Shown here: piece by piece, positions 27,339-40,561 of the stretch | How the letters are laid out: the number at the start of each line of letters is the position of its first letter | How positions within the stretch are numbered: the stretch's first letter is position 1 | Notes under the pieces: model-generated | What the model was told of the DNA's origin: nothing | The model's database searches: none | The model's input: the letters and a program-made list of their open reading frames with translations, nothing else | Assembly: GCF_006345805.1 (NCBI RefSeq) | Contig: NC_043004.1 | Coordinates: forward strand, 75,950,001 to 76,014,000 | Reading direction: 5' to 3' | DNA from: Octopus sinensis | Taxonomy: Eukaryota | DNA: 64,000 nucleotides | Position numbers and translations under genes: made by a program

Positions 27339-27405
27339 TTACATATACATATATACAATGGGCTTCTTTCAGATCCACTCACAAGGCTTTGGTCAGCTCA
27401 AGGTC
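27086..27405 (-). mobile_element. SINE family B, 3' part (AAAAGAGT tail)
   Basis: Reverse complement of the element at 53150-53716: GCTCCAGCATGGCCGCAGTC, ACCGATAGAATAAGTACTAGG and an internal (CA)n/(TA)n tract. Confidence 0.8.
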
Positions 27406-28801
27406 ACCACATTCCTTACCAGATAAAAACCTCTCATCCGGGGTGGGTGGGTGAGTTGTATTGAGTGGGTGTGGCTTTGTGCCATTTGAGAGATTTGAGG
27501 TACAATATATAATATAACTATTATATTCGTATCTGGACTGAACCTGTAATCATGTGGTTGGTAAGCAAGCTACTTGCCATACAGCCACTCCTGCACCTAT
27601 TGTGGCGAAAGAGTCAGCACAAGTTCGCCATTAACTTCTGCCGGAGCCACATGGAGCTTAGGTGTTTCGCTCATAAATACACACATTGCCTGGTCTGAGA
27701 TTTGAACTCGCGATCCATCGACCGTGAGTCCGCTGCTCTAACCACTTGGCCATTTTGCAAGGATCTTTTGCCTGCACTTGAGATCATGGTGCTCCCAGAT
27801 TCCTGAGCCTGCAACCCATATTGGTACTGGATATCTTGTCTTGGTTTGTGTCAGTAGAGTGGAGAAGGTCTGTGATGTGCTGTGCAAGTTTTATTGCACC
27901 TGAAACTTTAGGTAGAGCAATCAATGGAGAGGCAGCTTTCCGATGGCCAATAGGAGGATGCCCCAACAAGCATGGAAGCTTCAGATGCAAACTTGTGTGA
28001 AGCTGACTGCTGGGGCAATAATCTCATGCATGAACATTGCTAGCATTTTGCATGGACAGTGGTCAGTGACAGTCTTTCTTAGTCATGAATTGACAGCTAT
28101 ATACACATACATACATACATACATACATACATACATGGTCATACTCACGATGACCCATACACCACTGCAGAAGTGTTATGACCAATCCTTCTGGTTGTGT
28201 AAAACACCCATGGTGGTACCACATAAAAATGCTCTTATGGTGACCATAAAAGTATCCATTTGGTGTCACATAAAAGTGCCTATGTGGAGCCATGTAAAAG
28301 CATCCAGCACATTCTGTAAAGTGGTTGGCATTAGGAAGGGCATCCAGCAGTAGAAACCATTGCCAAATCAGACTGGAATCTGGTGCAGCTCCCCAGCTTG
28401 CCAGCTCTGGTCAAACCATCCGATCTAGGCGAGTAGGGACAATGGATATTAAATAGCGATGATGATGATGACGATATATAGTCTTTTGCTTAATGGCCCA
28501 AACAGAAACACAAGCAAAATGGTAGGATTACAACCATATTCAACTTTATCCTTTTTCTTTTCTGTTCTCTTCTTTATTTATTCTTCACTCTGATGAAGCT
28601 TCATGTTTCAGATCAGTTTTATTACCAAATAGGATTAATACTTTTACATATTTTGAATATCAATGGAAATAGAAACATTTTGAATATCAATGGAAATAGA
28701 AACATCTGTTAGGTGGGATGCAGTCTATTTGCATTAAATTAATAAATTATAATTGATGTAAGTCAATTGTTGTTAATCAGTACTTCTCCATTTTGTTTTA
28801 T

Positions 28802-28876
<75 letters not shown>

Positions 28877-30333
28877 ACATATACATATATACAATGGGCT
28901 TCTTTCAGATCCACTCACAAGGCTTGGTCAGCTCAAGTCACCACATTCCTTACCAGATAAAAACCTCTCATCCGGGGTGGGTGGGTGAGTTGTATTGAGT
29001 GGGTGTGGCTTTGTGCCATTTGAGAGATTTGAGGTACAATATATAATATAACTATTATATTCGTATCTGGACTGAACCTGTAATCATGTGGTTGGTAAGC
29101 AAGCTACTTGCCATACAGCCACTCCTGCACCTATTGTGGCGAAAGAGTCAGCACAAGTTCGCCATTAACTTCTGCCGGAGCCACATGGAGCTTAGGTGTT
29201 TCGCTCATAAATACACACATTGCCTGGTCTGAGATTTGAACTCGCGATCCATCGACCGTGAGTCCGCTGCTCTAACCACTTGGCCATTTTGCAAGGATCT
29301 TTTGCCTGCACTTGAGATCATGGTGCTCCCAGATTCCTGAGCCTGCAACCCATATTGGTACTGGATATCTTGTCTTGGTTTGTGTCAGTAGAGTGGAGAA
29401 GGTCTGTGATGTGCTGTGCAAGTTTTATTGCACCTGAACTTTAGGTAGAGCAATCAATGGAGAGGCAGCTTTCCGATGGCCAATAGGAGGATGCCCCAAC
29501 AAGCATGGAAGCTTCAGATGCAACTTGTGTGAAGCTGACTGCTGGGGCAATAATCTCATGCATGAACATTGCTAGCATTTTGCATGGACAGTGGTCAGTG
29601 ACAGTCTTTCTTAGTCATGAATTGACAGCTATATACACATACATACATACATACATACATACATACATGGTCATACTCACGATGACCCATACACCACTGC
29701 AGAAGTGTTATGACCAATCCTTCTGGTTGTGTAAAACACCCATGGTGGTACCACATAAAAATGCTCTTATGGTGACCATAAAAGTATCCATTTGGTGTCA
29801 CATAAAAGTGCCTATGTGGAGCCATGTAAAAGCATCCAGCACATTCTGTAAAGTGGTTGGCATTAGGAAGGGCATCCAGCAGTAGAAACCATTGCCAAAT
29901 CAGACTGGAATCTGGTGCAGCTCCCCAGCTTGCCAGCTCTGGTCAAACCATCCGATCTAGGCGAGTAGGGACAATGGATATTAAATAGCGATGATGATGA
30001 TGACGATATATAGTCTTTTGCTTAATGGCCCAAACAGAAACACAAGCAAAATGGTAGGATTACAACCATATTCAACTTTATCCTTTTTCTTTTCTGTTCT
30101 CTTCTTTATTTATTCTTCACTCTGATGAAGCTTCATGTTTCAGATCAGTTTTATTACCAAATAGGATTAATACTTTTACATATTTTGAATATCAATGGAA
30201 ATAGAAACATTTTGAATATCAATGGAAATAGAAACATCTGTTAGGTGGGATGCAGTCTATTTGCATTAAATTAATAAATTATAATTGATGTAAGTCAATT
30301 GTTGTTAATCAGTACTTCTCCATTTTGTTTTAT

Positions 30334-30417
<84 letters not shown>
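27320..30417. repeat. Direct tandem duplication, 2 x about 1.54 kb, bounded by (TA)n
   Basis: 27360 aligns with 28896 and 28801 with 30333. The copies differ mainly by four 1-bp deletions in short runs, and the same ORF appears twice in the track (27943, 29505). Confidence 0.95.
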
Positions 30418-30419
<2 letters not shown>

Positions 30420-30877
30420 TATATCATTATTTATATCAGGAATCAATATTAGAAAATTCTTCAGAAAGTTATGTACATGTGTAAAATAATTGTTGTATTA
30501 AAAATATAAATACATATAAAAATATATATAAATATGTATAAGTCATCATCATCATTGTTTAACTTCCGTTTTCCATGCTAGCATGGGTTGAATGGTTCAA
30601 CCAAGGTCTGGGAAGCCATAAATATATAATGTATATGACAGTTTAAATGTTTTGAATTAAGTATTTAAAGCATCTTATGATTGTTTCACAGAAGTGCTGT
30701 CCCTATAATGAAATCCTATATTGATAAGCATTTATAGACAACTCTTCTGCTCCTCAGAGATATATATATTTATATATATATATAAATATAAAGGAATTTG
30801 CGAATGCACGAAGGCTGTGAAGACAGCTTAGGTAATTGGGAAAATACCATTAAGAAAATGGAAACAAATGGCCAGCA

Positions 30878-30953
30878 AGCCTCCACAGGGAATCAAACCC
30901 TGCATCTCTCAAATTCCGGCTGAGTCCCTCTGAACCATTAAGCTAAGAGATCC
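30878..30953 (-). pseudogene. Degenerate tRNA-like sequence (tRNA pseudogene or SINE head)
   Basis: Minus strand has an A-box-like TAGCTTAATGGT, a CTCAG/TTGAG anticodon-like stem and a B-box-like GGTTTGATTCCC. The acceptor stem is poor. Confidence 0.45.
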
Positions 30954-31117
30954 CTGACGACAGATTCTATAGTTTTTGGAATGTGATAAGATTTTGGAAA
31001 AATAAATTTATAAGAGATGAGTGTGCTGGTGTTCTACATAAATAAAGTACTAAAGAAAAGTAATAAAAGTAATATAGTAATACATACATACCTACATATA
31101 CATCTACATCTAATTAT

Positions 31118-31157
<40 letters not shown>

Positions 31158-31162
31158 ACACA

Positions 31163-31200
<38 letters not shown>

Positions 31201-31217
31201 CATCATTGATACACACA

Positions 31218-31543
31218 TACATCATTGATAGGCCAGTTACTGTTGTATTTTTCTTGATAAAACATCTTTCATGGATTTGCTGTATTAAAAACACAATAAA
31301 TATCAGAGAGAGAGAGAGAGAAAGATTCATCTCAGCTGCTGCCTGCAAGTGCAGTGGATAAATTTCAATGTTTTTGGGTCTTTTCAATGGAATGTATTCA
31401 CAGCCAGCCTCACACTCATGGGAAAAAAGTGACTGAAATATTCCCTGATGTTGCAAATATTGTGTTTTTCACACAGCAAATCTATAAGGGATGTTATTTC
31501 AGGACAAATACTGCAGTATCTGACCTATCAACTGTGTATATAC
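31218..31543. mobile_element. MITE with about 80-bp imperfect terminal inverted repeats
   Basis: TTGATAGGCCAGTTACTGTTGTATTT...GATTTGCTGTATTAAAAACACAATA is mirrored by TATTGTGTTTTTCACACAGCAAATC...AAATACTGCAGTATCTGACCTATCAA. Ends approximate. Confidence 0.7.
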
Positions 31544-31808
31544 ATTAAGTATGCTAGCGTAAGTCTTTTATCTTTTATCTTTTACTTGCTTCAGTCGTTA
31601 GACTACAGCCATGCTGGAGCACTGCCTTGAAGAATTTTTAGTTGAATGAATTGAGCCAGTAGTTTTTTTAACTTTTTAAACCCAGTAGTTATTCAATTAG
31701 TGTCTTTTACTGGACTGCTAAGTTACGGGGGATGTAATCAAACCAACACAGGTTGTCAAGCGGTGGTGGAGGATACAGATACACACACATATACATACAT
31801 AAATACAT

Positions 31809-31839
<31 letters not shown>

Positions 31840-31876
31840 CACAATATCTACAAGATAATACGGAGACTGAATAGAT

Positions 31877-34800
31877 GTGCCGGTGGCACATAAAAAGCAC
31901 CATCCGGCACGGGGTCCAGGCGAGGCTGGCAACTGACACGAACGGATGGTGCTTTTTATGTGCCAGCGGCACGGGGGCCAGGCGAGGCTGGCAACGGACA
32001 CGAACGGATGGTGCTTTTTACGTGCCACCGGCACGGGGTCCAGGCGAGGCTGGCAACTGACACGAACGGATGGTGCTTTTTATGTGCCAGCGGCACGGGG
32101 GCCAGGCGAGGCTGACAACGGACACGAACGGATGGTGCTTTTTACGTGCCACCGGCACGGGGTCCAGGCGAGGCTGGCAACTGACACGAACGGATGGTGC
32201 TTTTTATGTGCCAGCGGCACGGGGGCCAGGCGAGGCTGACAACGGACACGAACGGATGGTGCTTTCTACGTGCCACCGGCACGGTGTCCAGGCGAGGCTG
32301 GCAACGGACACGAACGGATGGTGCTTTTTATGTGCCACCGGCACGGGGTCCAGGCGAGGCTGGCAACGGACACGAACAGATGGTGCTTTTTATGTGCCAC
32401 CGGCACGGGGTCCAGGCGAGGCTGGCAACGGACACGAACGGATGGTGCTTTTTACGTGCCACCGGCACGGGGTCCAGGCGAGGCTGGTAACGGACACGAA
32501 CGGATGGTGCTTTTTACGTGCCACCGGCACGGGGTCCAGAAGAGGCTGGCAACGGACACAAACGGATGGTGCTTTTTACGTGCCACCGGCACGGGGGCCA
32601 GGCGAGGCTGACAACGGACATGAACGGATGGTGCTTTTTACGTGCCACCGGCACGGGGTCCAGGCGAGGCTGGCAACGGACACGAACGGATGGTGCTTTT
32701 TATGTGCCACCGGCACGGGGTCCAGGCGAGGCTGGCAACGGACACGAACAGATGGTGCTTTTTACGTGCCACCGGCACGGGGTCCAGAAGAGGCTGGCAA
32801 CGGACACAAACGGATGGTGCTTTTTACGTGCCACCGGCACGGGGGCCAGGCGAGGCTGACAACGGACATGAACGGATGGTGCTTTTTACGTGCCACCGGC
32901 ACGGGGTCCAGGCGAGGCTGGTAACGGACACGAACGGATGGTGCTTTTTACGTGCAACCGGCACGGGGTCCAGGCGAGGCTGGCAACTGACACGAACGGA
33001 TGGTGCTTTTTATGTGCCAGCAGCACGGGGGCCAGGCGAGGCTGACAACGGACACAACGGATGGTGCTTTTTATGTGCCACCGCACGGGGTCCAGGCGAG
33101 GCTGGCAACGGACACGAACGGATGGTGCTTTTTACGTGCCACCGGCACGGGGTCCAGGCGAGGCTGGCAACGGACACGAACGGATGGTGCTTTTTATGTG
33201 TCACCGGCACGGGGGCCAGGCGAGGCTGACAACGGACACGAACGGATGATGCTTTTTATGTGCCACCGGCACGGGGTCCAGGCGAGGCTGGCAATGGACA
33301 CGAACGGATGGTGCTTTTTACGTGCCACCGGCACGGGGTCCAGGCGAGGCTGGCAACGGACATGAACGGATGGTGCTTTTTACGTGCCACCGGCAAGGGT
33401 CCAGGCGAGGCTGGCAACGGACATGAACGGATGGTGCTTTTTACGTGCCACCGGCACGGGGTCCAGGCGAGGCTGGCAACGGACACGAACGGATGGTGCT
33501 TTTTATGTGCCACCGGCACGGGGTCCAGGCGAGGCTGGCAACGGACACGAACGGATGGTGCTTTTTACGTGCCACCGGCACGGGGTCCAGGCGAGGCTGG
33601 CAACGGACACGAACGGATGGTGCTTTTTATGTGTCACCGGCACGGGGGCCAGGCGAGGCTGACAACGGACATGAACGGATGATGCTTTTTATGTGCCACC
33701 GGCACGGGGGCCAGGCGAGGCTGACAACGGACATGAACGGATGATGCTTTTTTTATGTGCCACCGGCACGGGGTCCAGGCGAGGCTGGCAACGGACACGA
33801 ACGGATGGTACTTTTTATGTGCCACCGGCACGGGGTCCAGGCGAGGCTGACAACGGACACGAACGGATGGTGCTTTTTACGTGTCACTGGCACGGGGGCC
33901 AGGCGAGGCTGACAACGGACACGAACGGATGGTGCTTTTTACGTGCCACCGGCACGGGGTCCAGGCAAGGCTGACAACGGACACGAACGGATGGTGCTTT
34001 TTACGTGCCACCGCACGGGGTCCAGGCGAGGCTGGCAACGGACACGAACGGATGGTGCTTTTTACGTTCCACCGGCACGGGGTCCAGGCGAGGCTGGCAA
34101 CGGACACGAACGGATGGTGCTTTTTACGTGCCACCGTTCGTGTCCGTTGCCAGCCTCGCCTGGCCCCCGTGCCGGTGGCACGTAAAAAGCACCATCCGTT
34201 CGTGTCCGTTGCCAGCCTCGCCTGGACCCCGTGCCGGTGGCACATAAAAAGCACCATCCGTTCGTGTCCGTTGCCAGCCTCGCCTGGAACCCGTGCCGGT
34301 GGCACATAAAAAGCACCATCCGTTCGTGTCCGTTGCCAGCCTAGCCTGGACCCCGTGCCGGTGGCACATAAAAAGCACCATCCGTTCGTGTCCGTTGCCA
34401 GCCTCGCCTTGCCCCCGTGCCGGTGGCACATAAAAAGCACCATCCGTTCGTGTCCGTTGTCAGCCTCGCCTGGCCCCCGTGCCGGTGGCACATAAAAAGC
34501 ACCATCCGTTCGTGTCCGTTGCCAGCCTCGCCTGGACCCCGTGCTGGTGGCACATAAAAAGCACCATCCGTTCGTGTCCATTGCCAGCCTCGCCTGGACC
34601 CCGTGCCAGTGGCACGTAAAAAGCACCATCCGTTCGTGTCCGTTGCCAGCCTCGCCTGGACCCCGTGCCGGTGGCACATAAAAAGCACCATCCGGACACG
34701 AACAGATGGTGCTTTTTACGTGCCACCGGCACGGGGTCCAGAAGAGGCTGGCAACGGACACAAACGGATGGTGCTTTTTACGTGCCACCGGCACGGGGGC

Positions 34801-37081
34801 CAGGCGAGGCTGACAACGGACATGAACGGATGGTGCTTTTTACGTGCCACCGGCACGGGGTCCAGGCGAGGCTGGTAACGGACACGAACGGATGGTGCTT
34901 TTTACGTGCAACCGGCACGGGGTCCAGGCGAGGCTGGCAACTGACACGAACGGATGGTGCTTTTTATGTGCCAGCAGCACGGGGGCCAGGCGAGGCTGAC
35001 AACGGACACGAACAGATGGTGCTTTTTATGTGCCACCGGCACGGGGTCCAGGCGAGGCTGGCAACGGACACGAACGGATGGTGCTTTTTACGTGCCACCG
35101 GCACGGGGTCCAGGCGAGGCTGGCAACGGACACGAACGGATGGTGCTTTTTATGTGTCACCGGCACGGGGGCCAGGCGAGGCTGACAACGGACACGAACG
35201 GATGATGCTTTTTATGTGCCACCGGCACGGGGTCCAGGCGAGGCTGGCAATGGACACGAACGGATGTGTGCTTTTTACGTGCCACCGGCACGGGGTCCAG
35301 GCGAGGCTGGCAACGGACATGAACGGATGGTGCTTTTTACGTGCCACCGGCAAGGGTCCAGGCGAGGCTGGCAACGGACATGAACGGATGGTGCTTTTTA
35401 CGTGCCACCGCACGGGGTCCAGGCGAGGCTGGCAACGGACACGAACGGATGGTGCTTTTTATGTGCCACCGGCACGGGGTCCAGGCGAGGCTGGCAACGG
35501 ACACGAACGGATGGTGCTTTTTACGTGCCACCGGCACGGGGTCCAGGCGAGGCTGGCAACGGACACGAACGGATGGTGCTTTTTATGTGTCACCGGCACG
35601 GGGGCCAGGCGAGGCTGACAACGGACATGAACGGATGATGCTTTTTATGTGCCACCGGCACGGGGGCCAGGCGAGGCTGACAACGGACATGAACGGATGA
35701 TGCTTTTTATGTGCCACCGGCACGGGGTCCAGGCGAGGCTGGCAACGGACACGAACGGATGGTACTTTTTATGTGCCACCGGCACGGGGTCCAGGCGAGG
35801 CTGACAACGGACACGAACGGATGGTGCTTTTTACGTGTCACTGGCACGGGGGCCAGGCGAGGCTGACAACGGACACGAACGGATGGTGCTTTTTACGTTC
35901 CACCGGCACGGGGTCCAGGCAAGGCTGACAACGGACACGAACGGATGGTGCTTTTTACGTGCCACCGGCACGGGGTCCAGGCGAGGCTGGCAACGGACAC
36001 GAACGGATGGTGCTTTTTACGTGCCACCGGCACGGGGTCCAGGCGAGGCTGGCAACGGACTCGAACGGATGGTGCTTTTTACGTGCCACCGGCACGGGGT
36101 CCAGGCGAGGCTGACAACGGACACGAACGGATGGTGCTTTTTACGTGCCACCGGCACGGGGGCCAGGCGAGGCTGACAATGGACATGAACGGATGGTGCT
36201 TTTTACGTGCCACCGGCACGGGGGCCAGGCGAGGCTGACAACGGACACGAACGGATGGTGCTTTTTACGTGCCACCGGCACGGGGGCCAGGCGAGGGTGA
36301 CAACGGACACGAACGGATGGTGCTTTTTACGTGCCACTGGCACGGGGGCCAGGCGAGGCTGACAACGGACACGAACGGATGGTGCTTTTTACGTTCCACC
36401 GGCACGGGGTCCAGGCGAGGCTGACAACGGACACGAACGGATGGTGCTTTTTACGTGCCACCGTTCGTGTCCGTTGCCAGCCTCGCCTGGCCCCCGTGCC
36501 GGTGGCACGTAAAAAGCACCATCCGTTCGTGTCCGTTGCCAGCCTCGCCTGGACCCCGTGCCGGTGGCACATAAAAAGCACCATCCGTTCGTGTCCGTTG
36601 CCAGCCTCGCCTGGAACCCGTGCCGGTGGCACATAAAAAGCACCATCCGTTCGTGTCCGTTGCCAGCTTTGCCTGGACCCTGTGCCGGTGGCACATAAAA
36701 AGCACCATCCGTTCGTGTCCGTTGCCAGCCTAGCCTGGACCCCGTGCCGGTGGCACATAAAAAGCACCATCCGTTCGTGTCCGTTGCCAGCCTCGCCTTG
36801 CCCCCGTGCCGGTGGCACATAAAAAGCACCATCCGTTCGTGTCCGTTGTCAGCCTCGCCTGGCCCCCGTGCCGGTGGCACATAAAAAGCACCATCCGTTC
36901 GTGTCCGTTGCCAGCCTCGCCTGGACCCCGTGCTGGTGGCACATAAAAAGCACCATCCGTTCGTGTCCATTGCCAGCCTCGCCTGGACCCCGTGCCAGTG
37001 GCACGTAAAAAGCACCATCCGTTCGTGTCCGTTGCCAGCCTCGCCTGGACCCCGTGCCGGTGGCACATAAAAAGCACCATC
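31877..37081. repeat. 62-bp GC-rich tandem array (about 84 units) with internal inversions
   Basis: Unit GTGCCACCGGCACGGGGTCCAGGCGAGGCTGGCAACGGACACGAACGGATGGTGCTTTTTA(C/T). Orientation switches at about 31905, 34135, 34693 and 36462. Confidence 0.97.
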
Positions 37082-37312
37082 CGTTTGTGGCCGTTTGCCA
37101 GCTCTGTCTGGCACCTGTGCGGGTGGCACGTAAAAAGCACCCACTACACTCACGGAGTGGTTGGCGTTAGGAAGGGCATCCAGCCGTAGAAACACTGCCA
37201 GATCTGACTAGGCCTGATGAAGCCTTCCGGCTTCACAGACCCCAGTTGAACCGTCCAACCCATGCTAGCATGGAAAACGGACGCTAAACGATGATGATGA
37301 TGATGATGATGA
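37082..37312 (+). mobile_element. 3' part of (GAT)n-tailed SINE-like element (family D), parent of the 62-bp array
   Basis: TGGCACGTAAAAAGCACCCACTACACTCACGGAGTGGTTGGCGTTAGGAAGGGCATCCAG...CCAACCCATGCTAGCATGGAAAACGGACG-(GAT)n, shared with the copies at about 49.2, 51.7 and 58.2 kb. Confidence 0.88.
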
Positions 37313-37485
37313 CAACTGGCTTCGTTCAGCTTCCATCTATCAAATCCACTCGCAAATTTTTGGTTAGCCCGAGGCTATGGTGGAAGACACTTGCCCAAGG
37401 TGCCATGCAGAGGGACGGAACCTGAGAATTATGTGGTTGGGAAGCAAACTTCTTACCACACAGCCATGCTAGATAGATTGACAGA

Positions 37486-37517
<32 letters not shown>

Positions 37518-39744
37518 TATGCATGCATACACACACACACTGTAACTATGTGTGTGTGTGTGTGTGCTTTCCCTGTCACCAACTGATGTTGGTTTGTTCA
37601 TGTCCTCTAATTTAGCAGTTCAGTTTTAAAAAAAAAAAATGGGAAAAAAAGTACTGGAGTTGATTTGTTTTCAATGACTGAAACAAGTTAAAGACAAAAG
37701 ATAAAAGAAATGAAGATGGCAAAAACAGGCACCTAATGAAGCCACTGGATTGATATAATTAATTAAAATACTTTAATGATAGTGCTCCAGTTTGGCCACA
37801 GTCTAATGACTGACATCAACCAAAGCTGGCTTCTGCTGCTACATATTTCTGAATGATAAAATACTTCGCATCTCTTAACCTTTTGATGACCTGATGTTAT
37901 CCTGTTTGAAAACTCCCAGCTTCATTCATGGCTGGTTGCAGTCTTTGTCTGCCCCTTCCACACCCCAACTGCTCCTGCTAAATTCCATTTGCTCAGAAAA
38001 ATAATTAAGGGGTTGCTGCTGTCATGTTAAGTGATCCTTCCTATGCAGGAAGCCCTCTGACATTTTCTTTGTTCACTTCACCTGGATCTGTCCTTTATTC
38101 AACAAAAGAAATTTGGTGGTAAGAAGTTTCTTTCTAAACCACATGTTTCTGGGTTCAGTCCCACTGCATGGCACTTTGGATAAGTGTCTTTTATTATAGC
38201 CACGGGCTGACTGAAGCCTTGTGGACAGAATTGGGATCTAGTCTTTAGCCCCCTTTAATTTTGCTCAGATTGCTTTCAATTTTGGTGTATCAATGCAATG
38301 CTGAATTTTAATTATGATCAACCAATTACTTTATCTCATAAATTAAAGAATCTGATATTAAATGAAATTAAAGTTGGGAAATTTGGGTAATTTTAGCCAA
38401 TCAACAGACAGTGAAGCATTAAAGCTTGTTACCATGACAACTGTACGTTGTGTTGTGTTGTTTTTCATCCAATTGTTGTGTTTATTCTTTACACCATGAG
38501 ATTTACTTCACCCACGTATTTTGTTTTAACAAAAATTTATATTTATCAATTAGAATTTAATTATAAATATTTTTCGTCAATTGTCTTAATATTTTACATA
38601 TTTTTCGTATACAGCAAAAGTTGTTTGCGATGTTTATACAGTTTCTTGGTATTACGAAGGTGAATGGAACATATGAACTTAGTACAGATAATTTGACATT
38701 ATTTTTGAATTGTGCAAGAACATATAAACCACAGGCATTCTTTTTCTTGGGACAAATTCTTTGTTGACCAGTATTATTCTTATTGTAGTTTACAAATCCA
38801 AGCATGAAAACAGTACTCAACTTTGAAGTTTTGGAGACAGATGACCCCTTTTCACACACACACACACACATACACGCACACGATAGGCTTTTTCCAGTAC
38901 CCATCAAGCAATTTTGGGATCTAGTTTTTTTCAATTGCAAAATATGCATTTCTTAAATGACAGTAAAAAATTTGAAAATCCGCTAAAATAATATAGTTTT
39001 CCAGTTTTATTGCTATGAAAGTATGATGCTATGCAGAAAAAAAAAATTGGAGGAAAAAGTTACAGGAGTTTAAAAATCAGAAAAACTGTGTATTTATAGC
39101 CAATAGCGAGACAGAAATTTTTTGTGTTTAGTGGAGCAGTATCAACTTTAAGGTTGTACCCTGTGAAATTTATAGTTTAGCGTCTGACCTGTTCATTGTA
39201 GGTTTCTAAATAAACAGAAATACCAAATAAAATCAACATGTATCATCTTGCTGTTTCTTTTGTCTCTTCATTTATTGCATGTTTTTAGTATTTTTTTTAA
39301 AGTTGTTATATTAATATATTTGTCTGCATGAGTTTACTTTATGCATATTACAGTATTATGTATACCTGTCATGTATTTGTGTACATCGTTAATATATAAG
39401 TGCATGTATGTGTGTGTGTGTGTATGTTTTTGTGTGTGTATGTCTGTGTGTTTGTGTGTGCATCTGTCCACCACCACCACCAGTATTGGTGTGTTTACAA
39501 CCCCATAACTTAGCAGTTCGATCAAAGAGACAACCACAGTACTTAGTACAAGGGTACTAAACCTGATATTAAGTTCTGTGGTTGTTTCAAGGTGGTGCCC
39601 CAGCATGGCCACAGTTGAATGACTAAAACAAACAAAAGATAAAAGAAAGTGAGAAGATTTGATTGGCAGAACCCCACCCCATCCCTGAAAGACGCCTGTG
39701 TATGTGTGTCTGAGTAAATATATATATATATATATATAAATTGT

Positions 39745-40257
39745 GGAGGTACAATGGCTCAGTGGTTAGGGCAGCGAACTCGCGGTCATAGGATTGCGGT
39801 TTCGATTTGCAGACCGAGCATTGTGAGTGTTTATTGAGCGAGGCCCCACGAGGCTTTGGCAGGGGGGAGAAGTGAACCCTGCTGTATTCTTTCTCCACAA
39901 CATTATCTCACTCTTTCTTCCTGTTTCTGTTGTACCTGTATTTCAAAGGGCCAGCCATGTCACACTCTGTGTCATGCTGAATCTCCCCGAGAACTACGTT
40001 AAGGGTGCACTTGTCTGTGGCGTGCTCAGTCACTTGCATGTTAATAAATGAGCTGTGATGTCACTGGTGCCAAGCTGTATCGGCCTTTGCCTTTCCCTTG
40101 GATAACACTGGTGGCGTGGAGAGGGGAGGCTGGTATGCATGGGCGACTGCTGGTCTTCCATAAACAACCTTGCCCAGACTTGTGCCTCAGACAGTAACTC
40201 TCTAGGTGCAATCCCATGGTCATTCATGACCGAAGGGGGTCACAACAACAACAACAA
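39745..40257 (+). mobile_element. tRNA-derived SINE family C (composite, (CAA)n tail)
   Basis: A box TGGCTCAGTGG, B-box-like GGTTTCGATT. Related copies at 40837-41145 (-), 61115-61362 (+) and about 27600-27755 (-). Confidence 0.75.
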
Positions 40258-40404
40258 TATATATAAATTACAAATGAAAAAGATTGATTTATTAGCAATT
40301 AGAATGTAAAGGCAAAATTAATAGAGGTCACAAAAGTTTGCTGAAAATAAGAGTTAAAACAACTCAAAATCCACAAAAGCACTGATTTAATGACTGACAG
40401 AGGG

Positions 40405-40438
<34 letters not shown>

Positions 40439-40561
40439 TCCTGTACCAGTTTTATGTGTGTCACACAAGAGGAGTCGATGCTGGATGTGTTGAAACAATT
40501 ATAATATATTCTCGTATATTCCATCTTCTTTTTTTTATTTGTTATATATATATATATATAT

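Noticed and set aside
30878-30953. Functional tRNA gene
   Set aside because: The acceptor stem and T-loop are degenerate and the anticodon loop is non-canonical; treated as a pseudogene or SINE head.
31875-37195. Many overlapping ORFs (MVLFTCHRHG..., MPPARGPGE...)
   Set aside because: Products of a 62-bp unit cycling through three frames; no recognisable protein family.
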